Assembly (NCBI GenBank): GCA_003971905.1
Contig: RSEE01000016.1
Span: 310,001-374,000 of the forward strand
DNA length: 64,000 bases
Origin: Moniliella sp. 'wahieum'
Lineage: Eukaryota
Direction of reading: 5' to 3'
Part shown: positions 25,039-37,493 of the stretch, one piece after another
How the letters are laid out: each line of letters begins with the position of its first letter
How positions within the stretch are numbered: the first letter of the stretch is position 1
Notes under the pieces: generated by a model
The model's input: only the letters and a program-made list of their open reading frames with translations
What the model was told of the DNA's origin: nothing
Databases searched by the model: none
Translations under genes and position numbers: made by a program

Positions 25039-28000
25039 CTAGGTATCTTCCTCCGTAACGTCGAGCAGGAGCGGTCCCGACGGCCCTCGTCCCAGCTGGG
25101 CGAGCTGGCGCGAAGTCCAATTGTCGGCCAGGATGCGAGCCTGGGCCGGGTCGCGATAGGTCATTTCCTGGGGGCGCGGACCGGGGGGCGGAGGGCGGGC
25201 ATCTGTGTCCCTTGTCCTGCCTTCTGGGGCAGGAATGGGTTCCAACACGTCTTGCTGCACCGGAGGGAAGGGGGAGAGCGTGTGCAGCGAAGTAATTTCC
25301 ACCTCTACCTCCGTGTTGGATGTGGTGTGGAGAAGCCCATTGCCGCCGGTCGAGTCCGAGTCCTGCTTGCAATGCATCTCCACCTTCTCGTCCGAAGCGA
25401 CGGGCGGCGGCATCGGACTCGGTGGGGCGGGGCGCGTTGTGGTCCCGGTAATGGGTTCGGTATGGGATGAGTTCCAGTCTTTTTCCTTGGTTGGAGCAGC
25501 TGGCTGGAAACTGGGGGTCGTATCAAGTCGAAGTCGGGAAGTTAGTTCATACGTCTCGGGATTTTGGTTGCGGCGGGACCGGGGCCTGCGTGCCGGTCGT
25601 CCAGGGGCCGAACTGCCAGTTAGCCTACTGGTCCGGCCTGCGCTACGCGCAGTGGAGCGTTCATCTCTCAGGGAGGATCCGAGCCCTGTGGCGGCGGCCA
25701 GAGCGGCGAGCGGCCGTCGTCCGGAGCGGGTCCACGACACGGGGCTTTCCTCCACCTCGTCCGCTCCAACGAGGTAGGCGTTGGGGTACTTTCGCCTCAG
25801 TTCCGCCGCCACCTCGGTTTCAAACTGATCCGACTGCGCGCCCCGAAGCATCATCATTTGAGCCTTGGAGAAGAGGTTGTACGGGGAGAAGAGAAATGGG
25901 GTACCGTTGGAATCTGTCTCGGTCGGGATCCCCGCAGGCGGTACCTCTTCTTGGTATCCATCGCCACGATAGTGTTCTTCTGCCGTGCCTTGGTACGGCC
26001 GGAGAAGGTCGGTTTTGCTCGGCAGGAGGAAGCACGGCTTGTGCCAAGACCATTTGGGCAGGCGGAGAGGAATCGTCGAGACTCGAAGGTACTTCGAGTA
26101 CATCGGCAGATAGACGAGCGAGTTTGCTAAGATGAGGATAGAAGGACATGGCATTGACCAGGGCGTCCATCGCAACGTAGAGGGCCATCTGGAACTGAAC
26201 CAATTCTTCCTCCTGTTCGGGGGCCAGGTACTGGTCTGAGGGCAAATAGGCGCGCCGCTCGCCCGAAGAAATCGATTCGCGCTCGCAGATCCGCATCGCA
26301 TCGTCCAGTGACAGTTGATCCAGCACACGCAAAAAGGCGCACATATCTGCATTCACGTGTCGCACGTCGGGAATGCGGTAGGAAGGGATCATCTGATGGG
26401 CAAAGGCATACGTGAGCACGTCCAGATGCGACCCAGCCGAGGGACGGACGCCAACAGACCAAGGTATACGCCGCCCGGCTGGACTATTGGTTTGGTCCCG
26501 CGTTTGGCATACAGTTTCAGAGCGTCCAGCATCTGCGTCATATCGGGCTTGGGAACCGACAGACGGTCCGACAAGATCCGGGTCAGGAAGCGGGTCTCGG
26601 CAAATCGGTATCCCTTCTGAGCATAGTGCGCCCATTCCTCTTCTTCCGACGTCTCGCCGTCCAAGCCTACTTCCCGCACGAGAAACAACAGCAATCCCTC
26701 TTGATCTTGGCCGCGATTGTCGTCGAGGAACACGCTGGAAACGGGAGCGGTGGAAATCGATCCTTCCTCGGTGGGGAAATCGGTCATACTGGTTGTGTCT
26801 TGCTCCGTTTCAGTAGTGGGATCCTGTTCCTTGTTGCCGCGCGATGGGTTGAGACGGATCAATTTGCGCTTGCGCCGTTGCACGTAGCGGAGCAGGGTAC
26901 CATTGGGGAAACAGCGATCAAACAGAACTCCAATGTGGTCCATGGGAATGCCCAGTTCGTCACTCAGTTCGTGGGCGGCTGCAATGTATTGGTCCTTAAA
27001 GTCCGACAAGTCCATGTCGGTGAAGACTGTGTTCTCCCGGTCGTCGGCATGGGGGCCCTTTTGCCGGCGGCGGGGTGAGAGGAGTTGACCAAGGGTCCGC
27101 TTCTGTTCCATCAGACTGTTGGCGCCACCCGTTGACGACGAAAGCGGGCATCAATAGCACGGACAAAAGGCAGGACCATGGACCAGTCCCACGAAACCGA
27201 AAAGAGCCAGAGGAAGAGAGGCGCACGTCGGTCCAAGTAATGCAGCATTTCCTTGGGTGGTACCTTGGAATCGATCACCACCATAGGCATCGTTCCGTCC
27301 GGCTTGACCAGCAAACGACCTTGGCGATCAAATGTGGCAGAACAGACCGCGATCTTTCTCGCCTTGTCACGTACCGCGCGCACATTGAGATAGTCGCTTA
27401 AGATAACAAGGAACAGGAAATGACAATCGTTGCACACATGGCGCCCACGGCCCCGGCCGTTTTGACACTCTGTTTCTCGTTGGTTGTCAGCACGGCAGCG
27501 AGACGATGCGGTTCACTGGGCACAAAGTAAGATGTCCCTCCTTGGCCGAGATAGTGCATGGTCGACACACCCGTGGCCAGCAAAAAAGCGCAACCGCCTC
27601 GCTTCCACCACGAGTCTTCCCAGTGTGCACGCAGACGGAAGAAGATGACAAGGCACTGGATGTGGAGATACAGGCAAACAAGATGGAGAAGACGAGAAAG
27701 ACGGGTTTAAAGTGGGCGTTAAAGTTGATTTTGAAGGAGGCCGAGTAGTGCATCAGGGCCACCGTGCCCCCAGTCAATGGGCCGCCAAAACAAAGCGCAA
27801 GGCGATGTGGGTTTCGGCGGTGAGCAGGAGGAATGCAATGACGAAGGCTGCGAGAGGGACCAAGAGGGAGAAGACGGTCCATCCTGCGTTGTAGGTGAGA
27901 TACCAGTGGACGTTGGCCAGAGGGGTAAGGCTCATGTGCATTCCGATAAAGTGCTGGCATACAGACGGGTGGGGGTTAGGGGGTGCATCTCTGGATGGAT

Positions 28001-28334
28001 ACGAGCAAGGGGAGGAGGCCTGGGACATACCATGCTCCATACTGCGACGCTGGCCATGGTTGTTGCAGCAAAGAGGAGCCATACATGGCTGAGCAGGCCA
28101 GAGGAGCCGGTGTGTTTGCTGAGCAGCGTCAGCGTGGAGAAGCACCCAGGACGGAGACCAAGACAGAGGCGACGACGATGCCTGGGCTGTAGGACTGGGG
28201 GACGGCATGGTGGGTGTAGTAGAGGGCGACGGCGGTGAGGTCTGGAGAGCCGACAGGCGTGGGCGGTAGTACGTGGGGGGCGAGGGCGCGGGGGTGGGGC
28301 ACACACTGGTGGTGGAGGGCACGCCGCCGGGCAT
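25039..28334 (-). CDS. MHYT-domain integral membrane signalling protein with long cytoplasmic C-terminus
   Basis: Three MHY-type repeats in TM context: AVWSM|HFIGM (across intron ~28030-27954), VALMHYSAS and VSTMHYLGQ, followed by IAVCSATFDRQGRLLVKPDGTMP. Frameshifts; start uncertain. Confidence 0.8.
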
Positions 28335-29126
28335 GGTGGTGGGGGAGAGGCCGGGGGCGGCGAGGGCAGGGGAGGCGGCGAGGGGGGCCAGCGCTTAGCC
28401 CCTGCCGGGCGGCGAGACGAGACGGCGGGCTGGGTGGCGGGGGGGCTGCATTGGATATTGGGGCCTGAGGGCTGGGCATGTATGTATCCGCGCCCAGGGT
28501 GTGCGGGGGCGGTGGCTGGCGAGGGGCGTACCAGCAGCAGCCGTGGCGTGGCTGATTCTCGATGATCGATTGCCTTACCACTCCTGAGCCACTGAGTACG
28601 CACGGAGTCCTGGTCCTGGTGCCAGTGGCTGATGGCTGATGCTGATGCGTGATGGGATGCACGGGGCATGGGCATGCATCATGCATCCGGCCGGCGACGG
28701 CTGATGTGCTGACAATCGCAGTGCCCCCAACAACCCCACAGCGCACCCCGGCCGGAGCGGTGCGGGCGGTGGGGACGAGCTCGGACGCGCCGCAGCAGCA
28801 GCCCCACCACCACCACCCCATGCACAGCCCCGACCCCCGCCCCCCGCCGCCCCCGGCTTCTCTGACCCCCCCCGCTCCTACCGCGCCGCCCGCCGCGCCA
28901 TCGTCCAGCACACCTACCACTACGCCCCGCCCCGCCCGCTCCCCTCCGCAGCCCCGCCCCCGCCCCGCCCCGCCCCCGCCCCCGCCTCCTTCCGCCCGCC
29001 CCCACCGCCGCGCGCCCCTCCCGCCCCACCACCACCGCCCTCACACCGCCCACCACTTCCCCGCCCGCCCCGCCTTCCCGCCCGACCCCGACCCCGGCAC
29101 CCTCGCCGCCCATCCCGCCTCCACCC

Positions 29127-32100
29127 ATGGCTACCGTGCGTGCACGCCTCCCTCCCGCTGCCCCTCCCCCACCGTGCTGACCTTGCGCTCCCTCACATAG
29201 CGAACGGCTCCCACACCCGTTCTCGCCCCATCAGCACTCTCGCTGCCCCAACACGTGTCCCTACTGATTTCGGTCCGCCCCAAGCCCACCCAACGCCCGC
29301 TTTCCCTCCCGCCCTCGCGTCCTCATGTCGACTCCCCTACCGCGTCGCCCAGCTTGCTCCGCCGCCTCTCCCGTCGCCTACGCCCGCCCCACCCCCGGAA
29401 CAGTCCGAGCCGGCGCGGTCCCCAGTGAGGGAGCGTCATGTGCCAAGTGACTATGGTGTTCCTTCTCCTGCGCGGTCCCAGTGAGGGAACATCATGTCCC
29501 TGTTCCTTCTCCTCCTCGCCCTCATCGTAACCGCGACGACGACGATCGTCCCGGCGTTCCAATGTCGAAGCGCCGTTCGTCCTGGAAGCCGTCGCCGCCA
29601 CCGATTGTTGCCGCTCATGCTCCAAGTCAAGAGCAGCACCAGCTGCCGCCCCGTGCGGCCTCTCACACACGGCGGGAGCGCGAGTACCCTATCCAGGCCG
29701 CGGCACAGACCGAGCCCACGGGCGAAAGAGGGAGATACCCAACAAGCAAGGGAGGCGCTCGGCCAAGCGCTCGCTGTCACCATCCAAAACGGATCCGGCG
29801 TTGGACAAGCAATCCGTTCCCCAAGAGGAAGATTGGGACCAAGGCGTTGTGCGTGCTCGGCGTGGCGCACCGGCTCGTCCACGTCCAAAGGTGGCCCGTT
29901 CCTCCCAGCCGGAGAACATCGCACATGAGTCCGCCCGATCCTCTCGCTCCAAACGTAGTATGGCGGTACAGCCCCCCTCGGTACAGCCCTCCTCGGTACA
30001 GCCCGAACCCACGACGAGCGCATTGCCTCGTGCGGCGCCTCGTCCATCTGCAACCCGCCGCGGCCATGCGGTGCCTTCTCCCGACGTCAGCCGCGTCCTC
30101 CTCAGGTTGTCCCTGAAGCAGAGTCGGACAGGTCTCGGCCCAGGCGAGGCCCACAGCCTTCTCGTATTTCGTCAGAATCAGGCGGGCGCCAATGGTTGAA
30201 CCAGAAGCAGTGGACGAACGCGAACCAAGGAGCCAACCCGAACCAAGGAGCCAACCCGAACCAAGGAGCCAACCCGAACCTGTGGACGAAGAGGCCTCGT
30301 CCAAAACCCTTCCCACAACGATTCGGACCTGATGAAGGTTTCTTCCGACCTGGTCGACCGGATGGCAGGTGGTTCTGCCTCCCTCCATCCTTCTGAGAAG
30401 CAAGGGTGCAGACACCCTGAATTTGATGCGCCCGTGCATTCTGGCCAGGAGGCACAGGATGCTACCGAACAAAACGCATCGCTGGACACCCCACTCCAAA
30501 GACAGGGTGGAGTGGGCGCAAGAACACTCGTGGCTTCAAAGCAGTACCGTTCCATTCCCGGTGGGTTGTGGGCCGCTGAGTCTTCCTCCTCCGCATCAGA
30601 GACAGGGGGTGGAACACTCCGGTTCCCTCTGGCACCAGTTTCGAGAATGTTGCTAGCCTTCCGCCCCCTCCAGTATTGGAACCTGCTGTGGTGCCCGAAT
30701 CTGGACCCTCATGGCGGTGACGGCTGACCCCGAGATGGAGATTACCCGCCGGCTTCTTCCAGACTTCGTGATCTCCCCTCTGTTGCACCTTTCGAGGCCC
30801 ATTCAGAGCTCGCCGCCGACGCTGTTTCGACCCCTCCCGCCAACGGGGCCGCCGGGATGGGAACATTGCTCGAGGCCACTTCGTTGGAGAACAGTATCCA
30901 TCCCCACATTGCATCGAGGATGGACAATGTGCCCGTATCCCCGCTCTCTATGAGCGACACGGCCGAGTCCAGCGAGTCGAGCGATGCCGGCGAAGAGGAA
31001 GAGCAAGCACCACACAACCCCTCTATCTTCTCCCTTCCTGACGCTGGTGTATCCAAAGAGAGCTTAGCCAGCTTCACCTCCTGGCCCACACACTTGAAGA
31101 GGAGCCTCATCTGCCTGGTTCCTTCTTTAACGCCCAACCGCCAGGTCCCCCCTTGGAAACGGATTTGCCCCAGTCCCGGGATCCTTTACGTATTCCTGGG
31201 GTGGTGGGGCAAAGCCAACCAATGGCCCGGGATGGTGCACCAGCTCTCTCGCCTGTGCATATGGAGGACAGACGTCAAATTTCTCCTGCACTTTCTTCTC
31301 CATCGGAGACCTCTTCGGATCGGACTTTAGTGAGCCCCGGAGCGGGCCCAGTTCCCCGTCCCAGTCCGACTCTGATGCTGAATACGAGTCCGAGTCTGAT
31401 TCGGACGACGAACCTCCCCGAGGCATATCGTATATGCATCGCGGCCCGTCCGGCATGCTGGTGGAGGTTATGACCCCGCACGAAGAGGAAGAGGAGGAGG
31501 ACACTGATGATTCGGACTATGACCATGCTCGCCCCTGGGAACGACCTACCTCTCCCCTCTTGGCATGGCAGCCACAGTTATCCCATGTTCAACCCAATCC
31601 CGAGCCCATGGAATCAGACGCGCCCGAGCCGGCCGGCTTGGATTCGATGCTTGCCGTGCCCCAGTTTGACGGACCGGACTTTGAGGGAGGTGATTTCGGA
31701 GAGCCCGGATCAGACGAGGACTTATCTGCGTTCCTTCTTCCGGGCCTTTCGGACGAAGCGGCAGCGGCAGCCTTGGCTGCGATGGAAGCGACGAGGGCGA
31801 TGATGACCCGAATGGGGTCGGATCTGGAAGGTGTTTACATGGGCGAGTTGCCAGGGTCGGATGACGACCATGGGCCGTCTCCCACCGAGGAGGATGGATC
31901 TTTGCCAGAGCGTGATGCCGTTGCCTCGCAGGAGCCGAGGAGTTCCTCGACAAAGGCAGTTCGAGTGGCTCGGATGCCAACCCGGTGAACAACTCACTTC
32001 CCGCCAAAGAGGATGAAGGGAAGGAGGGAACGACGCCCCTGTCTCCCACTTCAAGCCCACTGGGTATCCCTGCAGAGACAGATGATGGCGGTGACGTTGC

Positions 32101-35100
32101 CTCAGACCAAGGATGAAGAGAATGCCCTACTGGCATTGGCACATGACCCATCGTCGCCGCCAATCAGTCCTCTGGCGCCGCCTACCCGAAACGTAGCTCA
32201 TCGTCTCCGCCCGTGGCCTCTGTGGTGCATCCTCCCTTCCCACCAACCTCAGGAGGTGATTGACCACATCTCTTCCCCTCCCGTCACGGCACTGGCATCC
32301 TCTTTCTCGGCGCGTTCCCGGGGTCAGGTTCCTTCTGCCACTTTCACGGCACCTCCCGCACCTGAAGAAGCGGCCTCCTCCCACCCACTAGGATCTCCGT
32401 CTCGCTCGCCTGACTTTTGGAGAGTCCGGATCCCTCCGACATCAAACCTCTGGCCCTGGCACGAGCACCGGCACCCCATCCTTCAACCTCTCCCGCTCCG
32501 ACGCCCGTGGAAGACGCGCACAAAACGGAGGGAACGGATGAGGATGCGGAGCGGACGATGAGGAGGAAAAGGATGGGGAGCGCGAGGGAGATGAAGACGG
32601 AGACGGAGAAGGGGTGACAAAATTGTCCGAGTACCCCCACTTTCGGTCCCAGCGGCGGCCCAGCAAGACCAAGTGGGACCCGTCTCGTGCTTTGGCCTAT
32701 GCTCGGGCGCATCAGGTGTCCTCGTCGGAATCGGAGGGGGGGGTTACGCTTGGTGACGAACCTGCTGCGCCGGCTCTTGAAACAACACACCAAGCGCTGA
32801 CATTGTCCGACCGAAATACACGGGACCACGCGCATCCGAATGGTCTCCAGGGACAAGAAGATCTGCCGCCTCAGTATGTGTGGCCAAACGCGTCGCCTTC
32901 GAGGTACGAGTCCTTGCCGGCGGATAGTACGGCCCATCCGCGCGTTCCTCGCGCATCCCCACCGGACGAGGCGGGTGCATGGGATGCGGGGACAGGCGAT
33001 TATCCCAGTGCGAGTGCGAGTGCAGCGCAAGCGCCACGAGAGGGAAGCAGTTCAGCGACGCAAGACCAATCCAGTACGTTGACCACGGAAAGCGGGGGTT
33101 CTCCCCCGGTTCCCTCCCTTGCTCTTTCGGCCGTACCCGCTAGGTCGATGCATCCCCTTGCACCCCCGCCTCGAGCACAGAGCGAGTGAGTACGACTCAG
33201 ATGCTTCGTCCGAGTACGACTCGGAGTACGATAGCGAGTCCGACTCCAGCGACCAAGAGGGTGAGCGCCCTCTTTCCCGAGGGTGAGCATCTGAGCGAAA
33301 ATCAGGACGGGACGCTGTCGGAATCGAGTGCATCTACCTCCTCAGAGTCCGAGGAGCAGGAGCAGGAGCAGGGGCTGGAGCAGGAGCGGATGCGCTCCCC
33401 CCTCAGCCACTCCGAATGCGCGCAAATGGGGTTCCTACTGGGCTGCCCTTCAAGCGCGTTGGCATCGGATGGCCCCCGCTTCCGTCAGAGGCAGCTGTGC
33501 TTACAGGGCAGCATGCTCACGGGGCGCCCCAAGGAACGTCAAGCTCTTTTCCGGCTAAATCGCTGGGTCCTGCCCTGCTCCCGGTTGCCCCCGTGCCCTT
33601 TGGCCAAAGTGAAGCAAGGGCCGAAGGGGTGCGCAGCTTGGCGCGAGAGCATGGACATGGACTAAGCGATTCGGAGACCCTCAAAGTGGCCGAGGTTCGG
33701 AATGGCCTTTCGTTTGAGCACCTGGCAGACAGCAGCGTGACCATGACGGCCTCGGAGGAGAGCGAAGAGGAGTCGTCGTTCGAGCAAGTAGCTCGATACC
33801 AGCCCCGCGTCTTGCCCGACGTGCCGTGGGAGCGAGGGGACCTGGGCCGGGCCTGGAGCGGGGGCACTCGGTTGAAAGCAGTCCTGCCACCCCTCGTAAG
33901 GGCATCATCCGCCGCCCATCACAACTACCGTCTCTCCATCTGCCGTCTCTTCCTCTTCCGATTCGCGTGTCATGGGGGAACAGCGCGCTTCGCCAGATGT
34001 CAATGGCATCCCCAACGTTTCTCACTCCCCGCTGATTTGGGGCTGGTCACTTACCGCACGGGCCGGCTTGGGGCCAATGCTCGATCCGCCTCGCCCGCTA
34101 ACCTCAGGACAGCAGGTGAGACCCTGGATTCGATTGGTTTACAACCACTTTGGGTCGGGCTACGGATTCGGTGCAGGACTCCGCCGCTCTCCTTCCTCCC
34201 AAGTCTCCTTACCCGCCACTGCCAGGGACCATTGTGTTTGCAGAGGGGGTGCCAAAGCGCCTCTATCGAGTCACAAGGCAAAGCGCCTCTCGCCTTCTGC
34301 TCTCCAACCTTTGCTACCGCGGGAAAGTCGTGGTCCACCGCCGCTGACCATTCCGGACCATATTTATGTCCCGCGGACGCCGCAAGCGATCTGCACATGA
34401 GGCTACTCCTTGACTTGCAGCGCTCCATTCCCTTGCACCCCAAGCCCCACCCGACCGCCGAGGAGGCGGCGCCCAAGCTTCGGGCGGCAGCCAATGGGGC
34501 GTGGCCTATGGCAGGCTGGGGCAATGCCAAGCAAGGATGGGGCCAAGGGTTTGATCCCAACGACTTGAAGCAGCGGCTCGAACCTGTGCTGCGCGCCCAC
34601 GCCCAGGGCAAGAGTTTGTCCAAAGCGGCGATGCGGCGGGACCAGCAAGCGTCCCAACCGGGCCCCGTGCCGGGCTTTGTCGGTGCCGCTGCCACCAAGG
34701 CCGGACCGGGGCCCACCAGGGAGTTGCTCCGACGTATGTTGCCCCTATGCCGCCGACGTTGGCCGGTGCGCGTGCGTCTCACCCTACGGGCATGGTAGGT
34801 GCCCTGTTCCCCTTGGCCGCACGGGCCAAGTCGATGAGGATCCGGCCCGCTTCGCTCAGCTCGGAACTGCGCCGTCGCCATTCGACGGGCGCCCGCCGTG
34901 CTCCGCGGGTAGTGGTGGTGCGGGTGTACATTGTGACCAAGCAGCGCTTCGTTGACTTGGACATTTACCCCGACGCGATGAATGCGCGCGAACTGGTGGT
35001 GGACGCGATGGCCAAGGCCTCGGTCCACCCGGCGGTGGATGACCCGGCACCCGGCGGATGGTGCATGTTTGACGTGAGCGTGGAGCTGGGATTGGGTACG

Positions 35101-35692
35101 TTGTCATTCCCGCTTCTCTTTGTGTTGGGTAAATACTAACCTGCCCCCCCCCCCTCCCTTCACAGAGCGTCCTCTGCGTGAGTATGCAAACATTGGTCAG
35201 GTCCTTCGCTGCCGCTGCAACCCCCTGTCGGACTACTTTTTCCTTCGTCGGACCGAGCTGTCCTCGAGCCTGACGATGCGCTCGGTACCTGTGGTGCCGC
35301 CCACGTTGGGGGGGTGGGTGCACCTGCGCGACCGAAAGGGCAAGTGGAGCAAGCGTTGGCTCGAGTTGCGGGACCAAGCGCTGTTCCATGCCCGCAACAT
35401 GGCTGGCAAGGACGAAGTGTTGATTGGCGGGTTGCACGAGTGGGACATTGAGTTGATTCATGCCCCCTTGGCCACCCTGCCCACGCTCAAGCTGCCCAAA
35501 GCATGTGGCTTTGCCGTCCGCCGCCAAACCTCCCGCCCTCCCGGGCCAGATGACCATCGCTACCTCGTCGTCGTCTCGCTCATGGACCCGGCCGCGTACT
35601 CTGATTGGGTCCGTTCCATCCTCTTGGCCCGTACCTATCTCTTGAAGAAGGAGTTTCCCCACCTCTTCTACAGCGGCGAGGCACGGCACTAA
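29127..35692 (+). CDS. Very large Ser/Pro/Glu-rich protein with C-terminal Ras-association-like + PH domains
   Basis: ATG GCT ACC|GTGCGT intron 29136-29200, then ~5.5 kb of low-complexity frameshifted coding. C-terminus VVRVYIV..GGWCMFDV..LGL|ERPLREY (intron 35096-35165) and GWVHLRDRKGKWSKRWLELR..SDWVRSILLARTY. Could be two genes. Confidence 0.6.
30220..30280 (+). repeat. 18-bp coding tandem repeat (GAACCAAGGAGCCAACCC)x3
   Basis: Three exact copies read directly; probably encodes EPRSQP repeats. A 15-bp GTACAGCCCyCCTCG repeat (VQPxS) lies at ~29966-30005. Confidence 0.85.
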
Positions 35693-36302
35693 GGTGGCCC
35701 TATCGTCGTGGGTGAACGCGGATGCATGGTGCGTCCGTCGCTCTGTGGCTTTCGTCGGTGGCGCGGCGGCCGTTCTGCCGGGCTTTTTTTTTGTTAGGGT
35801 GGCTGGTGGGGTTTGTTCTGTTCGTCCATATGCACACTTTTGATGTGATCCATCCCTCGTTTGTTTCTTTTGCCGTTTCTCCGATCTCCCCCCCACCGCC
35901 ACCCCACCGTGCTCTCCCGTTTGACTATCCTTTCTCTGTATCGACAAAATGTGTGTGTGTCCCTATATTGGTATGGCTGGCAGAAGCGACCCACCTATTT
36001 CCCTCTGCCGTCTTTCAGCATTTCTCCCCCTGTGGGTCACAGAGCAGAGCAATTTAAGGCCCCGATTGGGGAGGGTTGTAGTGACCGGTGGCCAGTGACT
36101 AGTGACCAGTGACAAGGCACTGCGACGCAGTGCAAGCCAAGCACCCACCAACTGTGCCGGCGCTTGGACCCACAGAAGCTGGCTGCGCCATGGGCAGTCG
36201 CTCGCCAGTCGCCATTCCTGCTAACGCTGGAGCGAAATATGTATGCTCGCTTCCGTTCCTTGCACTCGTCTGCACGCCCATTAATACAAGCCCAAGACAT
36301 GA

Positions 36303-36397
36303 GCTTCAATGGGTTAGTGGTATACTACATCGTTGCCAGACTGGCCCTGTGCCTGTGAGACGTCGATGTGACAGGGGTTCGATTCCCCTTTGAAGCA
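36303..36397 (+). tRNA. tRNA-Gly(GCC) with ~24-nt intron
   Basis: Acceptor GCTTCAA/TTGAAGC-A, CATCG-TT-GCC-A[intron]T-CGATG, GGTTCGATTCC, T-run terminator. Confidence 0.9.
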
Positions 36398-36790
36398 TTC
36401 TTTTTGCCCGACAAGCTGAGCTGCTCTGAGGCCGGGCGGAATCATAATCAGACCCGGCGGGCCCCAGCCTACGGCCCCTAGTCTCTCCAGATGTCTCCCG
36501 AGGCTGCAGATGGGGTGAGTGCATCAGGTTGGCGATAACTTGGGCCTGATGCTGATGGGCTAAGGCTGACCTCAGCGCGCTGAGCCTCAGCCCGGAGGCC
36601 TCCGAGGCACACTCGGTCCTCCTTCCGTCGGCGTACTCGAGTAGTTAACTAGTAACTAGTCACCCGCACTGGGCCGCTGTGCTGATGCGTGAGACGCGCG
36701 ATGACGCAAGCAGACACGCACGCTTCCCCCCACACCTCCCACTGCGCATCCCTGCCTCTTTTTACCCCGCCGCCACCGCCACCGCCACCC

Positions 36791-37493
36791 ATGCCAGATC
36801 CCCAAAGTCGCATCCACACCACCGGCACTCCCTCCCAGGTCCTCACCACCGCCCCTCCTCCCCTAGCGCGGGACCCTCGGTGCGCCTGGTGTTGCGGGGG
36901 ACGCAGGCCCCCGAACCGAGCCGGTCTTCTCACCGCGTTGTGTGGACCGAAGATACAATTGATAATGAAGGCTTAGGCCGCAAAAAGTCCAAAAGTACGT
37001 GGCCCTTCCCCTGCCCTTTGCGTCTGCCATGGCCGGACCGATTGGAAGTGCGAGACTGACCACATCGCTGATTACCCTTCCAGTCTGCTGCATCTACCAC
37101 AAACCACGCAACTTTGATGAATCTTCCTCCGAGTCCGGCTCGGACTCATCCGACAGTTCCGACTCGGATTCCGACTCGGACCAATCCGACTCGTCGGCTT
37201 CCTCAGCCGGTGCGGCTGCCGATGCGCGAAGGAGGTTAAAGGGAAAGGGTCGTGGCGGCGACCCCGCTGGTCATACGCATGGCCCCGATCACAACCACGG
37301 CCACGACCAGGCGTGTGCAGGTTCTGACCCAGACCACCATCTTCCCATTCCCCAAACCCAAGAATCTAAGGCCCGTCGCAATGGCGGCGCGGGCACCATG
37401 ACCATCACGCGCACCGAGACACAAGAGGAAGAACAGGAGCAGGACGACGGCTCGCAACCGTTTCGCAAACCGAACAAGTATGAGCGGCCGTAA
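36791..37493 (+). CDS. YPI1: Type 1 phosphatase regulator Ypi1 / inhibitor-3
   Basis: HRVVWTEDTIDNEGLGRKKSK|ICCIYHKPRNFDESS (intron 36995-37083), Ser/Asp tract, terminal PNKYERP. Start is approximate. Confidence 0.9.

Noticed and set aside
2593..37493. Functional cluster of signalling genes (calcineurin, RasGEF, GSK3, RA-PH, YPI1)
   Set aside because: They are interspersed with unrelated housekeeping genes, and there is no evidence beyond chance adjacency.
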